A stretch of DNA of 64,000 bases from the human T2T-CHM13v2.0 reference genome, Homo sapiens, in the NCBI RefSeq assembly GCF_009914755.1, contig NC_060935.1. One strand, given 5' to 3'. Shown piece by piece: positions 32,400-49,200 of the stretch. The translations under genes and the position numbers were made by a program. Below the pieces are notes generated by a model. The model saw nothing but the letters and a program-made list of their open reading frames with translations. It was not told the DNA's origin and did not search any database. Each line of letters begins with the position of its first letter. Positions within the stretch are counted from its first letter, which is position 1.

Positions 32400-32763
32400 T
32401 GTCTTCCTCCTTTGGGATGGATATAACAGAACGTCATAAACTGAGTGACTTATAAACATTGAGCATTTATTTCTCACAGACCTGGAGGTTGAGAAGACCA
32501 AGATCCAGGGGCTGGTAGATTCCATTCTGGTGAAGGCCCATTTCCCGGTTCCTACATGGTGCTTTCTGGTTGTGTCCTCACGTGGTGGCAGGGATAAGGC
32601 AGCTCTGTGGGGCCTCTTTTATAGGAACATTAATCCCATTCATGAGGACTCTACTCTCATGACCTACTCACACTCCAATGGGCCTACTTCCTAATATCAT
32701 CACCTTGGTGATTAAGTTTCAACACATGAATTTGAGGGGGTGTATAAACGTTCAGACTATAGG
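32400..32763 (-). mobile_element. MLT1A-type MaLR solo LTR inside a MIR
   Basis: atttatttctcacag..ctggagg...ccaagatc...tgtgtcctcacgtgg...aatcccattcatgagg...tttcaacacatgaattt. Confidence 0.85.
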
Positions 32764-33527
32764 AAATACCCGTCTTTAAAATGGGTATATAGCAGCCAAA
32801 CCCATCTTCTAGGATTGTTGTGAAGTTAACTGTGAAAAAGCATGAGAAATCACTCACTCAGCCTAGTTACTATGGAGTTAGCATTCTGTAAATGTAGACA
32901 TCATTATTATCTATGACTATAATTATTGTTATCACAGCATTCATGTCTGTCCTTTCTCCCCCAAAGCCTCTTCTGAACCAACACATACATAAACTTTCTT
33001 TCCAGGAACAAAGATCTCAGATCTGAGTTCCTTGGGGAGACCAGGCCAAAATGTCAGCCTGACTTTGGCTTGATTCTCAAGATCATGCAAAGAAGACAGA
33101 AAAGTTGAAACACAGAGGAGGAGGGGAAACAAATAGATGGCAACTTAGACAAAAAATGGGGAGGAGGCGAGCCGCCAGAGTCTGGGCTCTGTACAGCCTG
33201 CATGTTAAGCCTGCAAACCAGTTACATATCCCTGACCCCGGCGGCTTGAGGAAGCCTGAATGCTAAAAGGCAAAGTCTAAAAATGGGCCCTGGGTAGATT
33301 GGGGAGGTCCCGGGAAACCTGGTTTCATTTTACAACCAACAACTAGGATCCAGGTTGTCACGGGAAAATACTATATAAACAAGTTAGTTCAAAGAGTGAC
33401 TCACACTTAGCCAGGCTATAAAGTTAGCTCTGCCCAGGCTAAGTACTAAAGATAACTCCCCAACCCCCTTTTGCGCAGGGAATGTAGGGCAGGAGCCCTG
33501 GGAGGCCCTGGCTGGCTGGCTTGGTAG

Positions 33528-33920
<393 letters not shown>

Positions 33921-33935
33921 TGATTCCTTCCAATT

Positions 33936-34264
33936 TCTTTTCTTTTCTTTTCTTTCTTTCTTTTTCTTTTTTTTTTTTTTTTTGAGACAGAGTCTTGCAC
34001 TGTCGCCCAGGCTGGAGTGCAGTGGCACAATCTCAGCTCGCTGCAAGCTCCGTCTCCTGGGTTCACGCCATTCTCCAGCCTCAGCCTCCTGCGTAGCTGG
34101 GACTACAGGCACCCGTGACCACGCCCGGCTAATTTTTTGTATTTTTAGTAGAGACGGGGTTTCACCGTGTTAGCCAGGATGGTCTCGATCTCCTGACCTC
34201 GTGATCCGCCCGCCTTGGTCTCCCAAAGTACTGGGATTACAGGCGTGAGCCACCGCGTCTGGCC
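33936..34264 (-). mobile_element. AluY
   Basis: gcaagctccg, ttcacgccattc, ccgtgttagccaggatggtctcgatc; TSD gattc(c/t)ttccaatttct. Confidence 0.9.
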
Positions 34265-35387
34265 GATTCTTTCCAATTTCTGAGACAATCATGGCGAAGA
34301 GGAAACCAAAGGAGAAGGATGGGGGCGGGTCACCCCAAACAAACTGTCAGCCAGAGGTAGTATCTTCCGGCCTTTTAAAATTCCATGGCACACGGATGGA
34401 TTTCCCAGGACTAATGAGGAAAGAGGACCTTACGCTGGCTGTCAACTGGTCCGCCATATCCCAATACACATGTGCAAGGACTTATATTCATCCCTCATCT
34501 CTCCTCACCACATTCACCATCCTCCTCCTTAGCCTTCTCAGTGGCAACGTGCCGAAGGAAATCTGTAATCTAAGGTGCTGCAAAAGTCTCAGTATCTTTG
34601 CACTTCTCCTAATTTGGAACTTCTCTCTTCCTCTCATCTGTCTACCTAAATGTTCTCCAGACTTTCTGAAAGTGAGGCAGTGTGCTGGGCACAGGTGACC
34701 TTGGAGTTAGACTTCAAAGGAGAAATGACTTTGGTCTAGACAGACAGAGAAGGGTGCCTCGAGTAGAAGGCACAGTCTGTCCAGAGCTGAGGAGGCATGA
34801 TAGTGCATGGCCGAGTCAGGGAGTGGGGAGCGGTTCACTGGGGTAGGAGAATGCTGCCAACGTGTAAAGGTCTTAAAGGCCATGCCAAGTTGTTTAGGGT
34901 GTTTTTTTTTTTTAAATGTAGGTCATGAAAAGAGCCCTTGAAGGGGAGTGACAGATCTGTCCTTTAGAAAATAATTCCATCGGCCATTTGGAGAGGAGCT
35001 TGCCAAGAGGTGGCTAGAAACAAGTTGGCAGAGTGGGCCAAATCCTCCTCCAAGATCAATTCACTCTCTGGTTATTTCAATGCTATTTCTAGACAAAGAA
35101 GCATCAGATGACATGAGAGAAAAGGACAGAGAACTTGCAAAAAACTCCAATGGGCGGGGCCAGCACTGGGTGAGGCAGTGTGTGGCATTATGGTACAAAA
35201 TGTAAGGAGGCATCACACTTAGAATCACGCAAGTGCTCCGAGAGTGATACCTTTTGAATTTTGCATCCTAGCTGCCTCACTTGCCTCACCCTAGTCCTGG
35301 GCCTTGCTCGCAAGCTTCTCATCACCTGCCCCATCTACAGGGGCTCCGGTTTTGACCTCTCCATGGGGAGCCAGGAAGCCTGTGTTA

Positions 35388-35761
<374 letters not shown>

Positions 35762-35787
35762 TAGCTCTATACTTTACAAAGTGGTAA

Positions 35788-36154
<367 letters not shown>

Positions 36155-36414
36155 CCAGCCTTCTTCCTGGCTGACCCACCCTCAGACAGCAGGGACATAA
36201 TGATGCATGAGGCTATTTCTTTCGGTTAGCAGTATCAATGAAAATAACCATAACACACAAATGGAATCTCTACTCAGAGCTGATGGAAGGACATATTCCT
36301 TTCATTTCCCCAGCTGTTAATTTTTTGGGCCTGAATCCCACATTCTCAAGAACATGCTGCCTGTTTGTTTAAAAGTCTTCCTGGGGAGAAAAAAAAATAG
36401 CACATTTCTTGTTT

Positions 36415-36845
36415 TGTTCTTTCATTCTTTGAACAAATATTTATTACGAGCCTCTTTATGCCAACCATTGTCCTGGAGCTTGGGGTATGACGGAATGAAT
36501 CACAGTCCAGCCCTCTGCCCTCATGAAGCTTACACTAACTAGAGGGGAGCCCTAGGGAGTTTCCAGGAAGGGCGGCGACAGGAAATAAACAAGGTCATAT
36601 ACACAAAGGAAACCATTTCTGGGAGTAACAAGCGCTATAAAAACAATCAAACCCAGAGGAGGGCCTGAAGGAGAGGGAGACAGCTCCAGACAGGGCAGCT
36701 GTAGGGAGGTGCTCTGGCTCTCAGCGGGGAAGAGCTGTTTGATGCGGATATTGAGAAAAGGGCCAGTGGAAACGAGTATTGTGTGCTGCAGAGAGAGCTA
36801 CAGTCAGGGGGAGCAGCAAGTGCCAAGGCCCTGAGGTGGGCACTA
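36415..36845 (-). mobile_element. L2 3' fragment
   Basis: cattctttgaacaaatatttatt...ccctcatgaagcttacact...caagtgccaaggccctgagg. Confidence 0.65.
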
Positions 36846-37529
36846 GCCATCTTTCGTTATGTTATCTGTTTTGAGTCAGGCATATGCTGTTTGGGAATGA
36901 TCTCTGAACAAGGGAGGAACAGTGTTTGCAGACCTGATTCAAAGTAGCATTACCTATATCTCTTTCTAGTTCTTCATCATCCCCCTCTATACCATGGACC
37001 TTATTTGGGTCACAGCTAAAGCCTCCATAACCACAGGTGCCATGCCCTCCTCTCCTACTCCCTCCTCTATGACCTGACTGTGGCTTCACTGCTGCTATGT
37101 TGTTTCCTTTCCAGAGCCACAGAGAGCCATCATTGGCAGAGGCGCCTTCCCATTCCCTGCTAAAGTTGAAGCCCAGCTTGAATTCACTCTCCTCATTCTG
37201 CTCCTGTGTGTGGAGTCCTCTCAGTTCCTGAGCACCCTCAGGATCGGGGGGCAAGGTTGTGATAAAGAGACCTTTCTTTAAGCACACCCACATCACACCA
37301 TCTCTCCATCCGCAGCTACCAGCACCTCATTTCAGTGTATCTGATAGAGTTCACAGAGTATTAGAGAATTTCCTAGGTAGAGGAGGTTTAGTAATAAAAC
37401 TAGCTCAACATCTTCATGTTCTCCACAAGGAACCCAAGGAGGGGAATTAACTTGCTGAAGCTCAGAGTCAGTTAGAGACTACTCTTAGAGCTCTTCTCAA
37501 AGAACTGAGCAAGTACTTTAAACTGGTCA

Positions 37530-37690
37530 AAACTTTTTCCGTATATCTCCAGTTTTACACAGGAGAATGTTGAAGCACAGAGAGGTTAAGTGACTTGCCC
37601 AAGGCTACGCAGGAAGTGTTTGGCAGAGCTGACCTTGAATCTAGGCCTTCTGAGTGGAAATCTAATGTTCTCATCATTTCACCATGCTCT
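37530..37690 (-). mobile_element. MIR
   Basis: gcacagagaggttaagtgacttgcccaagg. Confidence 0.75.
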
Positions 37691-38822
37691 CTCCAATCTG
37701 TCTGATGGAAATCAATAAGTAAATATTTCAGAACATTCCAAAAAGATGCTGGGGAAGAAAAAAAAATTACCACCCCTCCATGATTTTTTTCTTGTTACTA
37801 AAGGCACTCAGCAGGTAGTAAACTCAATTAAGGAAAATCATCTTTCTGGAAAGATTGGATATTGTCTTTCTTTGAGAAGAACTTCTACACAGTCAAATAT
37901 TGGTGTAGTTTATTCGAATGCTTTCCCTTGAAAGAAAATCTCTTCTGATGACTGAGAGTTTATACAGAACGAAGAAACTGGAGAAATCCATGTTTTGCAG
38001 TAGACTGTAGTCAATTTTTAGTCTTTCCTGCTTTTCACCAAATTTCTCTTCCTGGCAATATTTTTGGCATTTTATTTTTAGTCATGGGTGAGGGAGTGGG
38101 AGAGGATTTTTTCTTTTTTTTTTTTTACTGGAGTCTAATATACATATCACTAGAAACATACGTAATCTTAACCTATTGGCTGCTTTCACACAGGGCAAAA
38201 GTGGTAGCTTTAAAAAGAAAAGATTGGGCAGGATCGGCATCTCATCTCCAATCCAATAGTAGTATTCATTCCCAGGGAAATGCCCTCTGCTTCCCTATGC
38301 ATGGGGTGCAGTCAGAGGGGCGTCCAGGAAAGGGCCAGCTTTGGGAATCCGATAGACCTAGGTTTACTTCCAGCTTTGTCTCTTATGAATGGGAGATCTT
38401 GGCCATGTTCCTTAATTTCTTCAAAGTTACAGAGACCTTAGATATCATCATTATATTGGTAAAGAAACTGAGGCTTAAGAAATCTGCCAAACTTTCATAG
38501 CTATTAAATGATAGATCTGGGTTTGAGACCCACATTAGTATGATTTCAAAGCCTAGACCTTGACACCGCACATTGCTTCTCCACGGAATCATCTCTCACC
38601 CCAAAGAAAAACATTAATGGATTGTGCACGTAGAAATCACACCTATCAAGTAACAGGATTCTGACATTTAAACTAGTATGTCAGAATGACTATACACACC
38701 TGTGTGGGTGTTGACACACATAGGTATATATATATATATAAACAGATATAGCGATAATATATCTCAAAATGTAGATTACATGTTGAGAAAATATACGTTA
38801 CACATTGAGAAAGAGAATATAA

Positions 38823-39191
<369 letters not shown>

Positions 39192-39514
39192 TAGTCCCCC
39201 TTGTTTGTGACCTCAAATTTTATTACCCAGCTTCACCACCCTCTTGAGATATTGGTGCTAGTTTTGAAAATCAAATCTTCCCTCTATGGGCAAGACATGC
39301 CATGACTGAAGATTTAAAAAAAAATTAATGCTATGTACTTGGAAGGCAATACCAAAAGATCTCCAAGAATGGCTGAATGGCTTCCATGACATCCTCATGA
39401 TGGCCCCAAACTGGCTCTGGTCCCAAGTCCTGGCTCTCATTGGCCGTATGGCTTTGGGAATGCTGTGCCACCTCTCTGTTCTGCTTCCTCTCTTGTAAAA
39501 TGGTGAGATTGGAC

Positions 39515-39998
39515 TGATGCAGGGCAGGTGAACTCCAACCTGGGGCTTAGCCCATGAGGGTCATTGGTTTCATCCAGGAAAGAATTCAAGGGCAAGCTGA
39601 GGTAGAAGAAAACAGCTGTACTGAAGCAGCCGTGTTACAGCTCCAGTGGTGCTAAGCTCTGTGACTGCTCCTGCAGACCAGAGCCGCTCCATAGGCAGAG
39701 AGCAGCAGCTCAGGGCAGCTTTGCAGTCATATTTATACCTACTTTTAATTACATGCAGATTAGGGGTGGTTTATGCAGAAGTTTCCAGGGAAGGGGTAGT
39801 AACTTTTGGGTCAGCAGTTCATTGCCAAGGAAAGGGGCAGTAACTCCCAAGTATTGCCATGGCAATGGTAAACTGACATGGCACACAGGTGGGCTGTGTT
39901 ATGGAGAGCTGCTTCTGCCCGTCTGTGTTTTAGCTAGCCCTCAATCTGGTCTGGTGTCTGAGCCCCGCCTCTGGAGTCGAGTCCCACCACTCACCTTA
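39515..39998 (-). mobile_element. ERV1 solo LTR (LTR19-like) inserted into a MIR3-like element
   Basis: tgatgcagggcagg...ggggcttagcc...caggaaagaattcaagggcaag...ttgccatggcaatggtaaactgacatggc; 4-bp TSD ggac (39511-39514 / 39999-40002). Confidence 0.75.
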
Positions 39999-40220
39999 GG
40001 ACTAGTTGATATTTCAAGTCTCTTTTGCTTCTAAGAGTCTATCTGGCATTTTGAAGAGGGCAACTATTTTGAAGAGGGCAAACTCTTGCATGCTTACGGA
40101 AAAGTGAACTGCCTTGTCTTCTAGTTATACCTAATGTATACGAATAGGCATGAGTGCCTGGTGAGTACTCATTTAGAAATGAACATAACAGCTTTACCAG
40201 TCTATCTATTTTTCATATTA

Positions 40221-40562
<342 letters not shown>

Positions 40563-40568
40563 TCAAAG

Positions 40569-41099
<531 letters not shown>

Positions 41100-42073
41100 C
41101 CATCTCCTTCCCTTCTCTTGATGCAGGACCAAATGCCTCTGCCATCAGGAATGGAAATTAATCCAAAGAGGAAGTATAAGGACAAGCAGTCCAGGCATGG
41201 AGTCTGTGGGAGCTGGCTGCTCTTTAGCTTTGTGGCCTCAGGAAGGCTGCTTTATCTCTCTGTCTCATTTTCTTCAGCTGTAAAATGGGTTTGACAACAG
41301 TCCACAACTCATGGGATTATTTGGATAAGTAAAGGAGATGACACATGTCAAGAGCCAGAGCCTGACACCGAGTGAGTCCTCAACCTGTGTTAGCCATAGG
41401 TTATTCCCTCATAAGCAGTATTCAATAAATGTCATGGCCAAGATAAATGGAAGGTATGGTTTAAATTTGTTTATACCTATCAAATCAATATTCATTCTAC
41501 ATAAACAACGGAGTTTATCAAGCTGCTGGCAGGGGCCCCTCCAAGAGACTGTAGGAAATTGCTCAGCCAGACAATGGTTACTCTGTTACCTTTGACCCAG
41601 GCAGGCTCTGTGTGGTGCTTGTCCTCCCAAACACCTCCCCCTCCCCCATCCTCTTTCATTTTGGGAAACAACAGTAACACAAGGCCTCCCACCACCTGCC
41701 CTTCCTGATTCCAGCCTTGCTTATTAAACAGTAACCTTCCTGAGGGCAGAATTATTTTTTGACTGCAGATTTCCCCCAGTGCCAGCCCAAAGGTACCCTC
41801 GGATTTTTAACAAAGCAGCAACACAAGCACCCTAGGGCTGGGTGGTGGACTTTTTTTCTTCTCAGAGATTTTCAGAGACCAAACTGTTCAGAAAAGCAAA
41901 ACAAGCTGCCCACATTCAGGGAACTGCCATCTCTGCCAATTCGTGATTAATCAACAGGGAAGAAGGTTGGTTCCTTGAAGGAAAATAAAAGAAATACGGA
42001 CTGGAAGGGGGAAAGTCACGGAGAGTGGTGGATCTGGGATAGACAGCTTCCTTAACACTTCCTCCTTCCGTGT

Positions 42074-42855
<782 letters not shown>

Positions 42856-43193
42856 CTAAAGGTTAATAATAATCACAACAGGCAGCCCATCATTGCCTCC
42901 CTGTCTGGCTGAGAGGTTTACAACTTAAACTCATGGCAGAGGGAGAAATTGGCTCAATCACTTGGAGTAATGGTACATGGAGAGCCAGTTGGGCATGACT
43001 GCTATTTAACTCAAGGAAACCAGGCTGCTGCGCTTAACGTACGTACACACTAATAAACATGTCATGCTACGAGGTGAAAATTACCACCACCCCCTGCACA
43101 CCCTGCCTCGCTCTCCATTTGCCTGCTCACCTCACTCCCAACAGAATGAACGAGACGAGCCTGGGAGAACAGGACCACAAACAGCTGCGCTCA

Positions 43194-43568
<375 letters not shown>

Positions 43569-44240
43569 TTAATTACAATGCCTTACTCCAAATATTTATA
43601 ATGTTATTTTGGAGGAGGAGGGTAGAAAGAAAGAGATTACCTGACAACACTAATATTACCTGACGTTTTCAGATCTTTTACTGTGGGCCAGGCACTCCTT
43701 GAGCATTCTCACAGAAACTTTAGTGAGGTGGATACTCTAATTGTCCTCAGTTTACAGGCGAGCACACTGCAAATCAGAGAGCTTAAGTAATTTTCCTGAG
43801 ACCACCCAGGACCAATGTGGTGGACGTATTGAATATAGACCCACCTGATTAAATCAAAGCCCAAGCTCTCAGCCTTTATGCTACAAAGGAGCATAAAGTA
43901 TTTACGGTACAAAGGAGGAAGCGGAAGATGGGAAGATCACTGGCTTGACCAAGGTCTTGAATAGGTCCACATTATGATGCCTTCCTTTCTGCCCCCATCC
44001 TTGCACCCATAGAAACCCAGTCAGGTAGAAGAGGCTGCTAAGGAAAAAGAGGCTCGTAGGAGAACGGGTAAACTGGAAACTGTCAGGATCTTTCCTCATT
44101 TGCCCTTTGGTCCTGTCCACACAGGATGCCCCATGCATCACTTCCTCGTGGTCAAGTGGATCTGGAGGCCTCTCCTTGTCCCAGGTGAAATCCCAGCTCA
44201 GGTGTTATATCCTTGCTGCTTCTGACAAATGAAACCAAGG

Positions 44241-44859
44241 TGTATTAATTAAGGTAATGCTAGCTACTACAATAAGCTGAAAAATATATAATAGCTAAAA
44301 GCTAGGGTTGCCAGATTTAGGAAAATAAAAACAAACAAAAAACAATTGAAATTTGAATTTCAGATAAACAATTTTTTTAGTATAATTATGTCCCATGCAA
44401 TATTTGAGACATACTAAAAGGTTATTCATTGTTTATCTGATATTCAAATTTAACATTTTCATTAATTTATTTTATTTGGCAGCCCTATGGAAGACATCAA
44501 AAGTTTATTTCTTATTTATATAAAGTCCAAAATAGATGTTTTTTAGTAGGCAGGCAGCTCTTCTCTAAGCGTAATTCAGGGCTCTGGGTTCTGTCCATCC
44601 TGGCCCTGACGTCTTTCATTGCTCAGCTTCTAAGATAGCTCTATGCTCATGGGGTCAAGTCACAGGAAAGAAAAGGGAATGTGGAGTTCCACTTGGGAGT
44701 TTTTATGGGCCAGTCCTGGAAGCGGCACAGAGGATTTCTGCTCACAATCTATTGGCCAGAACTCAATCACATGGCCTGCACCTAACTGCAAGTTAAGCCA
44801 GAAAAATGTAGGTGTGCCCAGGAAGAAGTTTGGGGAACAGCTAGCCAGTCTCTGCCACA
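44241..44859 (-). mobile_element. MLT1J-like MaLR LTR, interrupted by MER53
   Basis: ggtaatgctagctac...aaagtttatttctt...ttctgctcaca.tctattggccagaactc.atcacatggc...ctctgccaca. Confidence 0.7.
44304..44486. mobile_element. MER53 palindromic MITE
   Basis: agggttgccagattt...aaatttgaatttcagataaacaa...tgtcccatgcaatatttgagaca...ttgtttatctgatattcaaattt...tggcagccct. Confidence 0.85.
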
Positions 44860-45088
44860 CCTGGTAACAGCAGAGTGAATCTGTCAGTACTCGTGCCTAA
44901 TGCGTGTCTCATATGCTAGTGCTGGATTCAGTCAGCAGTCCTACATCCGCTGGGGTCCCTAGGAGGGGTCAGATGCTCTCCTCTTTGCCCTGAACTGGTT
45001 AGCTACTTCGGACTGGGATGACAAGGCCATTGTGAGAGTGATAAGCAATGTGATTCAAACAAATTCATTTCACTTCAATTCAATGCAG

Positions 45089-45384
45089 GTTTTTTTTTTT
45101 TTTTTGAGACGGGCTGTCATGCTGTTGCCAACCCTGGAGAGCAGTGGCGCCATTACGGCTCACTGCAGCCTCCTGGGCTCAAGCAATTCTCCCTCCTCAG
45201 CTTCCCAAGTAGCTGGGACTACAGGTGCATGCCACCATGTTCAGCTCATTTATTTTTTATTTTTTTGTAGACAGGAGGTCTCACTATGTTACCCAGGCTG
45301 CTGTCCAAGTCCTGGGCTCACGTGATTCTCCCGCCTCAGCCTCCCAAAATGCTGGGATTACAGGCGTAAGCCACCATGCCCAGA
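45089..45384 (-). mobile_element. AluJ
   Basis: Diverged dimer. Confidence 0.88.
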
Positions 45385-45649
45385 CAATTTAATAAATATT
45401 TATTAAAACTTCTAGGATATTGAGAAAAGCTTGGTTCTAGGCCACTGGGGAAGACATCAACTGAAACAGCCCAGTTATACTCTCAATTAGCTGTATACAA
45501 TTAAATTCACAGATATCCTCAACCCTTATCCATATCCCATTCATCTTTCAAAGGTTGGTGAAAACCTCATAGCACAAAGAATTCTGCCCTAAATGTTTGA
45601 ATACAGAATGGTCCCCTCTCTCCCTAATTCCTAAAATATTTGGTCTCTA

Positions 45650-45990
45650 TGTTCATTCATTCATTCATGCATGCATGCTTTCAGTTAGTTCATCGACAAA
45701 CATTTACATCTACTCTGTTTGACAGTGTGCTAGGCTCTGGGGCTTGGGAGTGGAAATACTAAATTGAACAAGACTGAGGCCTTGCCTTCCAGAAACTCAC
45801 AAAGGAGTGGGTGGTCAGAATGCACATGACTCAGTCAGATATAAGGCAGATGGTGGTAAATACTATGATAAATGTTCAGATAGTGCTAAGGGGCTTATGG
45901 AGAATGGGAGAAATTAAATCTGACTCAAGGGTGGGTGGAGAAGATTACATCCAAGATCCAGCAATGACTTCCAGAAGAGACAAATGAACC
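45650..45990 (-). mobile_element. L2 3' fragment
   Basis: ttcattcattcatt...aaacattta...gtgctaggctctgggg. Confidence 0.6.
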
Positions 45991-47939
45991 TGGCCTGGCA
46001 AGGGAGGCAGAGTCAAAGTGTCTGGCTCAAAGCCCACCACAGCCTTGGCTCACAGGCATCTCCCGGTCTTCCACTCACTCAGTCCTTTCAGGGAAAGGCA
46101 CTGAGCTTTTCTCAAGGGAGAACTCCAAAGACGTCTTTCATTTCATCTTACAAATCCACACAAATTTGCAATTCCACTCCACAAGATACGAGCATTTGTC
46201 TTGCTATAATTTTAATATGATTGGCATAAATTACCTGTTATCAAGTAAAATAGTTTCTTCTTATGGCTTGTGTGCCCCTGACATACCACTGCTATTTGAA
46301 AAGAGGCTTCTCCAGAAACTCAGTGTCTGAGAGTACGTGACTGGAAGGTGAGTGTTTGCTTACCCCTTGCGTTTTCTCCCTGTCAGGATAAATGGAATAT
46401 TCTGCTTTAAGGACCCTAAGTCTGGCAATATCATGTTTTGTGAACAGCCAACACAGTAACTATGGTTGAGGCCTGTATTCGATGAATGAGGTTTTCATAT
46501 GCTTCTTTCACATCAGGAGAGAGAGAGAGAAAAAAAAATAATAAACTTGGTAGAGGACGTGGAGTTGTATTTCTGGACTATGGTGGCACCTCTAAGGAGC
46601 ATGGTTTTCCTTTTGCATGGCTTTGTCCATTACTATAACACTCCTGTTATAAAATAGCTGCCGTGGATTGAAATCCATAATGTTAACTCAAAAGTTAAGC
46701 AGTCCGCTATTAAACAGCATAAGAAACTGTTACCTATCCCCTCTTCCTGGCCCCCCAACAAAGAAACAGCAAACTGTTAAAAAAGCCCATGTCTCCCCAT
46801 GAGGACTTGGGGTTAATTTTCAGCATGGTGTCTGGGGATTCATCTGTGGGACTCCTATTACCCATAATAGGACTCATGCTGCTTCATTTCATGCACACGA
46901 TATGGAAAATGCACCCTTCCCTAGTGATGAAATTTTAGTTTTGAAATTGAGGCTAGCTTTTGCAGAACAAAGCAGATTCCCAGAAACACCAAAAACTATT
47001 CAATGTTGGCCTAGAGCCTGTGTGTCCGTGCTTAGGTGAGTATGTGTATCTGAAAGGGAGAAAATGCCTTCCTCTAAGTGCGTATGCCCCTCTCAAAGAC
47101 AATATTCAAATATCATGCCCGATAGCTGACAGCGGTCAATGGTTGCTATGCTTCATCCCAAAGCTTTGTTAGGAACCCCATAAAACCTGGCACATGGTTT
47201 GTGACACCCAGTGAAACACCGTGCTTCTTCCATAATATCCTGAGCCCTGCTGCCTGTCATTAAGGGACCTCTCTTATTAAGCATCTCTTTTTTAAATGGC
47301 TGCCATCATCTGGTCCCAGTGTACATTAAATCCCATTATAATTATAAACACACTTCCCCATAACATTCGTTGCAGATCTCACCCTCAGTGCCTACCCCCT
47401 TAGGGCATCTTTGCACTAATAACAACTCAGATTTGCTATCTGAGTTGACAACATTAGGTCCCAACACCATTTGCAATATGCTGGGGAAAGAGACAGAGAG
47501 AGAAGAAAAAGCTTTTTCTTCCTTAATCACGAAGATCTTGGGGTCACAGTGACCCAAGGCCTCAGGAGCTAAAAAAAAAAAATCCCTCCTCCTACCCTTT
47601 TGAAAAGTCACTCTCTACTCTACAGATGAGGGAAGGGCATACTTGGCACCTGGGAGAGAAACTCAAGTTTGTAAACACCACTAACCAGGTCTCTGTTGGT
47701 TGGGGCGGTGATGGTGGTGGTAGTGGTGGGGTGGGGGATGAGGGATGATGGCAATCACTAATCAAAGAAGCTGTCTTATTTGGTTTGCTGAGCCTCAACT
47801 AACCGGAATGCATACATCACCTGATTCTTTCCCCCTCTGCTTTTTGGAGGGGGCATCTAAGGACATAATGTAAAAGAATTAAAATTTAAAAACAAAAACA
47901 AAATGTCAACATATGCAGGAGTAAATTCCACTCTGCCTA

Positions 47940-48236
<297 letters not shown>

Positions 48237-48959
48237 CTACTCTGCCCAATTGTTGACATCACCTACAGCTCTATAGTAGATGTCTGGAATGATGATCTGA
48301 AGGACTGTAAGACTGTAAGATTTTTTGACTCCAGAAATGGACACAATAGGCTTGCGGTGTCTTCCCCTAACAGTCCCTGGCAGGGTAAAGGTCTGATGCC
48401 CTGGTACGTTCCCCAGTGGCAATCTGGAGTTCTCAACTGCAGAGAATACTTTTCCTCTACTCAGGGGCGTCACTACCTGCATCTCTCCCTGAACATGCTT
48501 CATTTTCCACTCATCACAAGTTTTTGGGGAAATGCAAAGTGGCATCTTCTCCCCAAAAGGTAGGGATCTTTGATTTTTTTAATCACGATAGAAAAGTTTA
48601 CTTTGAAATAAAAAAATTAAATATATGTTCCAAATTAAGAGTTGGAACTTAAAGAGTTGCAACATTCCATTCATACTCAGATACTCAAAACACCACTGTA
48701 TTCTTCTTCCTATCTCTTTAGTTGAAGTTTTTTTTTGTAATTCAAAGCCCCCTCCCCAATTTCTGCCTGAGATTCTGAGGGAGGAGGAAAAGTGTAAGAT
48801 CCTGGGGGATCTAAGTCTCTTTACCTGGTGACCAAGCTGAGAACCATTTGGTCCTCAGCTTGGCTGGCTGCTGCACAGATCTTGGCCTCAGCAGAGTAAG
48901 AGAAGAAGGAAAATTAAAAGCCCTTGCTTCCTTCATCTATTTCACTAGAGGCTACATAA

Positions 48960-49200
48960 TCTAGAAGTTAAGAGCATGAGCTTTGCAGTCAGAATGGTCT
49001 GATTTAAAGTTTCAGCTCTGATGTTTAATAGATCTACAGTCTGCAGTAAGGCACTTAATCTCTCTGAACCTCAGTTTTCATGTCCACAGAAATTGGGAAA
49101 ATAATAGCACCTGCATTAATAGGATTGTTATGTGGATTAAATAAAACAACATAGGTAATGTGTTGAGTTTCGTAGTCAGTGCTCAGAATGAGTTATTATT
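48960..49200 (+). mobile_element. MIR
   Basis: gttaagagcatgagctttgcagtcaga...cttaatctctctgaacctcagtttt. Confidence 0.75.

Noticed and set aside
36862-37296. 144-aa minus-strand ORF in unique sequence
   Set aside because: Non-ATG/weak start and no recognisable homology; consistent with chance.
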